Assembly: GCA_001801825.1 (NCBI GenBank)
Contig: MGYR01000135.1
Span: forward strand, 1 to 36,281
Source of the DNA: Gammaproteobacteria bacterium RIFCSPLOWO2_02_FULL_56_15
GTDB lineage: Bacteria > Pseudomonadota > Gammaproteobacteria > Eutrophobiales > Eutrophobiaceae
DNA length: 36,281 bases
Reading direction: 5' to 3'
Below, piece by piece: positions 19,823 to 27,232 of the stretch. Position 1 is the first letter of the stretch. Each line of letters opens with the position of its first letter. The notes below the pieces were generated by a model. It was not told the DNA's origin. It made no database searches and was given only the letters and a program-made list of their open reading frames with translations. The position numbers and the translations under genes are program-made.

Positions 19823-19985
19823 TTTACTTTTCGCTCGATTGAATCGAAGAGTACGCACCTATCGACACTTACCAGTGAATAAGAATAGCTTGTATACTTC
19901 TTCAGGAAGGTTACCTGTTGCACCTACGACAGATCCCAGGATTTGCACAGGGTAATCGTCATAATTGCGAGATAGAAACCATTGC

Positions 19986-20375
19986 ATGTCAGATCTCAGA
20001 CAAAATCCCAGAATCCCCGAAAATGCGGATGTCTCAGTCAGGATCGAGTCCTCACCTGAGGCGAGAAATCTTGAAGGCAGGGTTTTTATCTCGAACTCCA
20101 TCGATATTTCATTGGGCGGCCTGCAGATAACTGTGGAATTTCCGATTCCGGTGGACGCATCACTAGAGCTGAAAGTCACTTTTCATTCCTCTTCCAAAAC
20201 ATATTGGCACAAGGGCATTGTTATCTGGGATGATGAACTGGACAGTCACGGGAAGGAATATAAAATGCACAGGGTCGGAGTGGAATTCAATACCCTGGAT
20301 AACCCACAATTTTTTGCCTGGCGGGCGGCCATATCCGAGTTGTTGAATAAATCCACGGATACAGGATCTTCCTAA
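19986..20375 (+). CDS. stand-alone PilZ domain protein (putative c-di-GMP receptor)
   Basis: Start taken at ATG 19986. RQNPR (RxxxR) and DISLGG (DxSxxG) motifs lie about 30 aa apart. 129 aa. Confidence 0.65.
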   Translation: MSDLRQNPRIPENADVSVRIESSPEARNLEGRVFISNSIDISLGGLQITVEFPIPVDASLELKVTFHSSSKTYWHKGIVIWDDELDSHGKEYKMHRVGVEFNTLDNPQFFAWRAAISELLNKSTDTGSS

Positions 20376-20467
20376 TCCGGTCACAAAAGCGGACTGGAAT
20401 CGATGCTGGGTGTGCGTGTGCATCCAGTGGATTTCGATTACAGCATCATCTGAAGGAGGGAAACAAC

Positions 20468-22150
20468 TTGAGAATCATCCTGACCCTAGGTCTCCTACTA
20501 TTTTTCCAGGTACAGGCAGCCAGCCCGGGAGCGATCCATGCCAGCGAGGGGATGGTGGTATCACGATCCGCTCTGGCCTCAACCGCCGGGGTGGAAATTA
20601 TGAAATCTGGCGGAAATGCCATTGATGCTGCCGTCGCCACTGGCTTTGCCCTGGCAGTCACCTACCCTTCCGCAGGAAACCTGGGGGGAGGTGGCTTTGC
20701 CGTTATCCAGTTGCAGGATGGCACTGTGGTTACACTGGACCACAGGGAAACCGCACCCGGTCACGCCAGTCGCGATATGTATCTCGACAAAGACGGCACA
20801 GTGATACAAGGATTGTCGCGACAAAGCCATGCTTCCTCCGGTGTCCCTGGAACCGTTGATGGACTGCTGACCCTGCTGGAAAAATACGGCACAAAAACCC
20901 GACGGGAGGTCATGGCAACTGCCATCCGGCTGGCGCGCGAAGGTTTTCCACTTTCGCGGGACATGACCGAGCAGTTTGCCGGCGTCCTTGGTTTTATGCA
21001 GGACCACCCGACATCTCACAAGGTCTTCAGCAATAATGGACAGGCCTACCGCGAAGGAGATCTCTGGAAGCAACCCGATCTGGCGGATACGCTGGAAATA
21101 ATTGCCGAAAAAGGACGTGATGGTTTCTATAATGGCAGGATTGCAGAACTCATCGTTGCGGAAATGCAGCGTGGCAACGGCCTGATATCCCTGCAGGACC
21201 TCACGAATTACCGATCAGTCTGGCGCGAGCCGGTGCATGGGACTTACCGAGGCTATGATATCTGGGGTATGCCGCCACCATCCTCTGGCGGTGTATTGGT
21301 CGTGGAGATGCTGAACATGCTGGAACCCCATGACCTGGCCGGTATGGGCTGGGGCAGCGCCGCTGCCGTGCACGTGCTGATAGAATCGGAGCGTCGTGCC
21401 TATGCAGATCGATCCGAATATCTTGGAGATCCTGACTACTACCCCGTCCCGGTATCGAAGTTGATCGCCAAGGATTATGCACGCCAGCGCTTTAGCGACT
21501 TTCGTGCAGATCAGGCGAGCAACAGCGCTACCATCACACCCGGCAAATGGTCGGAAGAAAGTATCGAAACCACGCACTTTTCAACCATGGATGCCGCAGG
21601 TAATGCGGTTGCCCTGACAACGACTTTAAACAGCAGCTTCGGGAACCGGATCGTGGTCACGGGTGCCGGTTTTTTGCTGAACAACGAAATGGATGATTTT
21701 TCCATCAGGGAAAACACGGCCAATCAGTATGGTCTACTGGGTCGGGAAGCGAACTCTATCGAGGCCGGCAAGCGGATGCTGAGTTCCATGTCACCCACCA
21801 TCGTCAGCAGGGAGGGGAAACCCTACCTGATAACCGGCTCCCCGGGCGGCTCAACCATCATCACCACCGTACTCCAGGTCATTGTCAACGTGATCGATCA
21901 CAAGATGGGGATCGAGGATGCCGTTGCCCTGCCCAGGTTTCACCACCAATGGCAGCCCGACGGTGTCATCTATGATCCCTTTGCCATCTCACCCGACACT
22001 CTCGCGATCCTGGGGAAAATGGGACACAAGGGATTCCGCAATTTTCCCTTCGGCGGTGGGCTCGGCGATGCCAACTCCATTCTGGTCAAAGAAGGGGAAT
22101 TGCTCGGTATGAAAGACCCACGCAACGAGGGCCTGGCAGTAGGCTACTAG
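20468..22150 (+). CDS. ggt: gamma-glutamyltransferase
   Basis: 560 aa. TTG start with GGAGG 8 nt upstream, and a signal peptide. GGNAIDAAVA, the autoprocessing-site region ETTHFS, and GSPGGSTII. Confidence 0.9.
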   Translation: MRIILTLGLLLFFQVQAASPGAIHASEGMVVSRSALASTAGVEIMKSGGNAIDAAVATGFALAVTYPSAGNLGGGGFAVIQLQDGTVVTLDHRETAPGHASRDMYLDKDGTVIQGLSRQSHASSGVPGTVDGLLTLLEKYGTKTRREVMATAIRLAREGFPLSRDMTEQFAGVLGFMQDHPTSHKVFSNNGQAYREGDLWKQPDLADTLEIIAEKGRDGFYNGRIAELIVAEMQRGNGLISLQDLTNYRSVWREPVHGTYRGYDIWGMPPPSSGGVLVVEMLNMLEPHDLAGMGWGSAAAVHVLIESERRAYADRSEYLGDPDYYPVPVSKLIAKDYARQRFSDFRADQASNSATITPGKWSEESIETTHFSTMDAAGNAVALTTTLNSSFGNRIVVTGAGFLLNNEMDDFSIRENTANQYGLLGREANSIEAGKRMLSSMSPTIVSREGKPYLITGSPGGSTIITTVLQVIVNVIDHKMGIEDAVALPRFHHQWQPDGVIYDPFAISPDTLAILGKMGHKGFRNFPFGGGLGDANSILVKEGELLGMKDPRNEGLAVGY

Positions 22151-22161
22151 ATAGCCATCGG

Positions 22162-22932
22162 ATGATGCAGGTCCTGCTCATCGATGCATTGAACCTGATC
22201 AGGCGCCTCTATGAGGCACTGCCCCATGGTCCGGATACCATACATCCGGACAACATGGACAATGCCGCACACACCCTTGAGCGTGTCCTGCGCCTGCATT
22301 CACCGAGTCACGCCTGCTGCGTGTTTGACAGTCGCGGCCCCACTTGGCGTCATGAGATATTCAGCGACTACAAGGCCAACCGCAAGGCCACGCCACGCCC
22401 CCTGCTGGAGGCGCTGCCCGGATTTTCCCAACGATTTCAGGACCTCGGTATCCGCTCGGTATCCGTACCCGGTTTCGAGGCGGATGACGTGATCGCCACC
22501 CTGGCCCAGGGGATCAGCCAAAGACATGGCCACGTCACCATCCTGTCGACGGACAAGGGTTATCTGCCACTGCTGGGAATACGGATCCGGGTTTATGATC
22601 ATTTCAACCAGCAGACCTATTCACCGGAATCGGTACTGACTAAATACGGTGTCCGGCACGACCAACTTATCGACTACTGGGCGCTTGCAGGCGATCCAGT
22701 CAGTAACATCAAGGGGGTCCCTAAAATCGGGGCAAAGACCACCCAAAACCTGCTGCAGGAATTCGGTACGCTGGATGCCCTGTTTGAACATCCACCCGAG
22801 GGCGCTGTCGGTCGGCGGATCCTGGAACACCGCGACGCTCTGGAGCTCTACCGCCGGCTGCTCCAGCTCCGAACCGACCTCACTGTGGGGCTCAACCTGA
22901 AGGAACTGCGATACCCCACCAAGTCAGCCTGA
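22162..22932 (+). CDS. xni: flap endonuclease Xni (5'-3' exonuclease family)
   Basis: 256 aa. LLIDALNLIRRLY, FEADDVIATLA, STDKGY and H3TH GVPKIGAKT motifs. Confidence 0.85.
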   Translation: MMQVLLIDALNLIRRLYEALPHGPDTIHPDNMDNAAHTLERVLRLHSPSHACCVFDSRGPTWRHEIFSDYKANRKATPRPLLEALPGFSQRFQDLGIRSVSVPGFEADDVIATLAQGISQRHGHVTILSTDKGYLPLLGIRIRVYDHFNQQTYSPESVLTKYGVRHDQLIDYWALAGDPVSNIKGVPKIGAKTTQNLLQEFGTLDALFEHPPEGAVGRRILEHRDALELYRRLLQLRTDLTVGLNLKELRYPTKSA

Positions 22933-22981
22933 TTTTCTCCTTGAAAGTTCTCCGAAGGTACTCTTATACTCCAAGGTTCCC

Positions 22982-23996
22982 ATGGCGGACTTTTCAGAAA
23001 ATACGTTCTGGCAACGGGCCATCGCCCTGGTGGACATGAATGCCTTCTTCGCCTCGATAGAGCAACGCGATAATCCGGCGCTCTACGGCAGGCCCGTGGC
23101 CGTCACCAACGGGCTTACCGGTACCTGCATCATCACCTGCTCCTACGAAGCCAGGGACTGCGGCATCCACACTGGAATGCGTATCCGGGAAGCCCTCCGG
23201 CTCTGCCCGGTTCTGCTGGTACAGCGACCGGCCAACCCGGAACGCTACGCCAGGGTATCCAGCAACATCATGGCGGCCCTGCAGGACATCAGCCCTGACA
23301 TGGAGGTCTTTTCCGTGGATGAGGCTTTCCTGGACGTCACGCGCTGCCAGCGGCTCTGGGGATATCCCGTGCAGATTCAAACAGAGGGTGTTCCAGGCCT
23401 CTGGGGTACGCTGCTCGGTGGGCATGAGCGGGGACAAAACCACCGCCAAATACGCCGCTAAGCTGCAGAAACCCGACGGGCTCACCCTGATCCCGCCTTG
23501 GCAGGCACGGGAACGACTGCGGAATGTCCCGGTTACCGGGCTAGGTGGTATTAACCAGGGAATCGGCGCTTTTCTGGCCGACCGTGGCGTCTTTACCTGT
23601 GGCGATATGGACAGGATACCTATCAGTACACTGGGGCAGCGTTTCGGCAATCCCGGCCGCCGTATCTGGTACATGTGCCGCGGCGAGGATCCGGACAAGG
23701 TCCAGGGGCATATCCATCCCCCGAAATCCGTCGGTCACGGGAAAGTGATGCCGCCGGATACCCGGGATAATGATCTGATCTTCATGCACGCACTGCACCT
23801 CAACCGGGCACTGGATCTGATCAATGAACGTTTCGGCGAATTCACCATCGCCCCGGCGAAACTATTGCACCGCTCCGATATGCCGAATGTCATCGCACCG
23901 GCCTGGAAGCCCTACGGCCACCGGCAGACCATCCCTTCCACCCGGCCGCAACGACGCCGGGATACGTCCGGAAAGGTGCATGATATGGATTGGTGA
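22982..23996 (+). pseudogene. dinB: DNA polymerase IV (Y-family, DinB-like), disrupted
   Basis: Frame of 22982 gives ALVDMNAFFASIEQRDNP...SVDEAFLDVT...WGYPVQI, then runs to a stop at 23461. The homologous continuation KQRVFQASGVRCSVGMSGDKTTAKYAAKLQKPDGLTLI... is in the frame of 23319, so a frameshift lies near 23375-23385. After GKVMPPDTRDNDLI the sequence jumps almost directly to the C-terminal LNRALDLINERFGEFTIAPAKLL...NVIAPAWKP tail. That suggests loss of most of the little-finger domain. Confidence 0.65.
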
Positions 23997-24020
23997 AACC
24001 TCCGCTAAAAGTTTTTTATA

Positions 24021-24665
24021 TCAGGGAGCAAGTCGCTGCATCACCCAAGCACGGTCTCCCGAAAGCGCATAACAGATCCGGTCATGCAACCTGCTCTCCC
24101 TTCCCTGCCAGAATTCGATGGTTTCCGGTTTTACGCGGTAACCAATCCATTCGGTGGGGCGTGGTACGGGTCGGTCGCCGTACATCACCTCGAGTTCTCC
24201 CATTCTTTCATCAAGAACTTTCCTGCCTGTAATTACACTGCTTTGTTTCGCGGCCCAGGCACCCAGTCTGCTGGCATATGGACGTGATTGGAAATACTCA
24301 TCTGCTTCGGTATTACTGACGTGGCTTACTACCCCGGCGATTCGCACCTGGCGATCCAGCACAGGCCAGTAAAACAGCAGGGATGCCCTGGGGTTTTCCG
24401 CCAGTTGCCGGCCTTTCGGACTGTCTGCATGGCTGTAAAAAACAAATCCGTCACTATCATAATCCTTCAGCAGGACTATCCTGACAGAGGGCATCCCATC
24501 GCTGCCGGCGGTAGCCAGTGACATGGCATTGGGCAGGTCGATGCCTGCCGTTCTCGCTTCCTCAAACCAGCGGTGGAACTGCTCAACAGGATCGGCGGAC
24601 ATTTCCGCCTCTGTCAGCGAGGCATACAGGTATTCACGCCTAATTACAGAGATATCCTTGTTCAT
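24021..24665 (-). CDS. pdxH: pyridoxamine 5'-phosphate oxidase
   Basis: Start taken at ATG 24665 (MNKDISVIRREY), giving 214 aa. MSLATAGSDGMPSVRIVLLK, RIEFWQGR and RLHDR motifs. The ORF-track start at 24737 would add 24 unlikely residues. Confidence 0.9.
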   Translation of the reverse strand: MNKDISVIRREYLYASLTEAEMSADPVEQFHRWFEEARTAGIDLPNAMSLATAGSDGMPSVRIVLLKDYDSDGFVFYSHADSPKGRQLAENPRASLLFYWPVLDRQVRIAGVVSHVSNTEADEYFQSRPYASRLGAWAAKQSSVITGRKVLDERMGELEVMYGDRPVPRPTEWIGYRVKPETIEFWQGRESRLHDRICYALSGDRAWVMQRLAP

Positions 24666-24676
24666 GGAAATTATCG

Positions 24677-25057
24677 TTAGATGGTTATAAATACCCGATT
24701 CCGGGCGATGGCGATGATACAGAAGAACACCAGCCACGCCCCGGTCAATGATAACACTCTGTGCCGTTTAGTTCTGCCGTATCGGAGGGCGATCGCACCA
24801 AGCAGGATATACAAGAGAAGCCCACCCAGTTTGAGTAGCAACCATGGCTGCATGAATACCCCGTTATAAAACACCAGGACAAGAGAAACCCCACTCGCCA
24901 GCAGCAGCGCATCAATGACATGCGGGACAATTCTCACCACTTTGCGTCGCAGCAAGCTGTTGCCAGTGATCATCCAGTACCCCCGTAAACTGAATGTTAT
25001 AAAGGTAAGCAAAACGCAGGCCAAGTGTATGGATTTCAAATGGATATACCAGTGCAT
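24677..25057 (-). CDS. SirB2/YchQ family membrane protein
   Basis: 126 aa with 4 TM segments. The N-terminus MHWYIHLKSIHLACVLLTFITFSLRG resembles SirB2-family proteins. Confidence 0.65.
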   Translation of the reverse strand: MHWYIHLKSIHLACVLLTFITFSLRGYWMITGNSLLRRKVVRIVPHVIDALLLASGVSLVLVFYNGVFMQPWLLLKLGGLLLYILLGAIALRYGRTKRHRVLSLTGAWLVFFCIIAIARNRVFITI

Positions 25058-25156
25058 ACTGTATACTATACCTCGCTACGCTACGGCATGATGATTGGAT
25101 CAATCGCATGCCTGCTTGGATTATAATCACTGGCAACCGCTTACGGGATCAGGAAA

Positions 25157-25423
25157 ATGACCGACAAGCAATTACAGGAAAAGCTTGAAAAACTGCGCCA
25201 TGAGGTAGACCGAGTCGCCGGTGATGATCCCGGAGCCAGGGAACAACTGGACCGGCTGATTCGCGAGATCGAGAAACGGCTGGCACTTCCGTCTGATTCT
25301 GAACTCCATGACAACCTGTTGCTTGGGCTGAAGGATACCATCAGCCAGTTCGAAACCGACCATCCCCGTGCCACGGCGATACTCAATGACATCATGGTGC
25401 TGCTGAGCAACGTGGGAATTTAA
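25157..25423 (+). CDS. DUF4404 family protein
   Basis: 88 aa, helical. LQEKLEKLRHEV...LKDTISQFETDHPRATAILNDIMVLLSNVGI is typical of DUF4404. Confidence 0.6.
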   Translation: MTDKQLQEKLEKLRHEVDRVAGDDPGAREQLDRLIREIEKRLALPSDSELHDNLLLGLKDTISQFETDHPRATAILNDIMVLLSNVGI

Positions 25424-25461
25424 TCGTACCGCCAAATAGCAGTAACCCTGGACAAATGTTC

Positions 25462-25504
25462 GCGGTCAGAGGGCTTCTTTTCCCGAAGCTGGTCGCTTTT
25501 TTTT
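25462..25504 (+). terminator. rho-independent terminator
   Basis: Outer stem GCGGUCAG/CUGGUCGC (8 bp, two G:U) and inner stem CUUC/GAAG, followed by T8 at 25497-25504. Confidence 0.55.
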
Positions 25505-25593
25505 ATCACTAGATATCTTCATAAATATCGGCAACCGGCCAACCACAATACGGGAAGATGCCAGGTTTGGCGCCATATCAAGGTACAATTTTC

Positions 25594-26313
25594 TTACCCC
25601 ACCAATTTTTGTCCGAGCATACCGATAAAAAACCCCAGCGACGCCCCTAATGCCGGACTCCAGTCTTTCCCCGTATGAGACATCGGGGCGATATCCTGAA
25701 ATGTCAGATATATGATACCCCCTCCGGCGAAAAGCATAAGCGCGGCAATTGCTGACGGATGGTTGTGAAGTAAATGGAATCCCAAACAAGAAGCAATCAT
25801 GCCGGATAAGCTCAGGGGTAATAATATTAATAAAGACTTGTTTGGAGAAAATCCATTTTTCACCAATTCTTTAAATGAATTAAATCCCTCCGGCAAATTC
25901 TGTAATCCTATGAATATTGCTAACAATAACCCCAAGTCTTTATCATGGGCGAAAACTGCCCCCAGCGCTATTGCCTCCGGAATGAAATCAATCATCATAG
26001 CCATTAACTGGGAAACGGCCGTCCCGCTCCTTCCAATTTTCCTGACAAGAAGAAAAAATGCAAATGCGCCTGACAAAAAAAATACTGCAATATAAGGAAT
26101 TGAAAGCGATTCAATACCACGAGGCACCAAGACAAATGAGACAGCAGCAACCAGCACTCCTCCCCCGAATGCAATCATTGCGTGAAGTATGCGTTCTTTG
26201 TATTTACTATCCGGGAAGCTGTCTAATCTTGATAACCCTCCGCCTATTAGGATGGTTATCCCGGATGTAAACGCGTAAAGGCTAACTGTTAAATATTCCG
26301 AAGTTATTATTAT
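25594..26313 (-). CDS. ZIP family metal transporter; N-terminus lacks a canonical start codon
   Basis: The ORF-track ORF (25594..26178, 194 aa) has the ZIP-like motif GLQNLPEGF. The frame stays open upstream to the TAA stop codon at 26325-26323 and encodes a plausible first TM region (IIITSEYLTVSLYAFTSGITILIGGGLSRLDSF...). That stretch has no ATG, GTG or TTG. It has only three ATA codons at 26313-26305, just after AGGAG (26320-26316). Confidence 0.6.
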   Translation of the reverse strand: MIITSEYLTVSLYAFTSGITILIGGGLSRLDSFPDSKYKERILHAMIAFGGGVLVAAVSFVLVPRGIESLSIPYIAVFFLSGAFAFFLLVRKIGRSGTAVSQLMAMMIDFIPEAIALGAVFAHDKDLGLLLAIFIGLQNLPEGFNSFKELVKNGFSPNKSLLILLPLSLSGMIASCLGFHLLHNHPSAIAALMLFAGGGIIYLTFQDIAPMSHTGKDWSPALGASLGFFIGMLGQKLVG

Positions 26314-26563
26314 TTCTCCTGGTTAATCCCATCCAGAAAAAAGCAACGTGCTACTGTACAACATCCGGTTAAAACCCAGCTGACAAACACCGTACTAAAA
26401 GTTTTACAAGATAAATTTGCAATGTCGGTTTACATCTCCCAGAAAAGCGGCCTCGTTTTCAGGGTTGTTGAAATGCTTTGCAGCCTGAGCCGCCAGATTG
26501 ATACTTTTGTATTCAATCTGGCGAGACTCAAAATAATAGGAGGCTGCGCCTAGTGAACATGGA

Positions 26564-27232
26564 TCAGTGCTGATGGCTTTCATGATCATGATTTTCTGCA
26601 GTGTCCTCCGGCATCTGGCTTTCCGTTTCATGGTGTATGTCATCAGTTGCCGAGTGTATTTGGGAACCTTCGTCCTGATGACCGGCATCTTCCTGCAACG
26701 CCGTCGTATCCACATTATGGTCATTATCAACCGGCGTGGAGTGGTCATGTGAAGCATGGCCATGCTCACCGGATTCGTTCTGCGGAAGGGAAATAACACC
26801 TATACCATGCCGGTAAACAACCTCGGCACCTCTCCAGGCAGTGCTTCCCAACATCATGCCGGCAAGCAGAAGCGTACCAAGAAAGATGTACCCGGGCTGT
26901 GACCGACTCCTTACACGCCATAAGGAATAAACAGACAAAACAATAAACAACGCCAATGTCGCCAATGCCCAGTTCCTGTGGTCCGTCATTGCTGCATGTG
27001 AGAGGGTACTGTTGTGCACCACGCTGTTATAGGCAAACCACCCGGCGATGGCGGTAATAATTCCGAACCCTGTGCCAAGCCAGAGATCCCAACGTGCCAA
27101 TATTTCAAACTGTTGCTTGATCCTTCCTTCAGGCAAGAATGGATAAAGAATATGGAAACCAACAGTAAGACTCAATAATGCAACAGTAAAGTGCACAAAT
27201 ACCGGGTGCCAATTAGGGATGATTTCAAACAT
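26564..27232 (-). CDS. DUF2231-like 4-TM membrane protein with His/Asp/Glu-rich C-terminal tail
   Basis: 222 aa. The N-terminal NWHPVFVHFTVALLSL motif (HPxxVHF) and 4 hydrophobic helices fit DUF2231. The last roughly 70 aa are rich in H, D and E (GEHGHASHDH...HHETES...NHDHESHQH). The ATG overlaps the cusA stop (ATGTTTGA, 27225-27232). Confidence 0.65.
   Translation of the reverse strand: MFEIIPNWHPVFVHFTVALLSLTVGFHILYPFLPEGRIKQQFEILARWDLWLGTGFGIITAIAGWFAYNSVVHNSTLSHAAMTDHRNWALATLALFIVLSVYSLWRVRSRSQPGYIFLGTLLLAGMMLGSTAWRGAEVVYRHGIGVISLPQNESGEHGHASHDHSTPVDNDHNVDTTALQEDAGHQDEGSQIHSATDDIHHETESQMPEDTAENHDHESHQH

Noticed and set aside
19696-19955. Short ORFs overlapping the intron and tRNA 3' exon (75 aa on the minus strand, 62 aa on the plus strand), considered as a possible homing endonuclease.
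   Set aside because: They cross the exon boundary, are very short, and show no LAGLIDADG, GIY-YIG or HNH motifs. The intron is best read as ORF-less.
19823-22932. A genomic island integrated at the tRNA 3' end.
   Set aside because: No integrase, no direct repeat of the tRNA 3' end, and the downstream genes (pilZ, ggt, xni) look like ordinary chromosomal genes.
22994-23698. 234-aa minus-strand ORF opposite the dinB region.
   Set aside because: Both + frames carry clear DinB motifs. The antisense product is R/P/G-rich without motifs, so it is a shadow of the decayed dinB.
26591-26799. The upstream two-thirds of the 131-aa ORF 26404..26799.
   Set aside because: It overlaps the His-rich tail of the DUF2231 gene in another frame, and its composition (R/M/K/T-rich) looks like a frame artefact. 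Only the non-overlapping 3' part is kept, as a weak small-ORF candidate.
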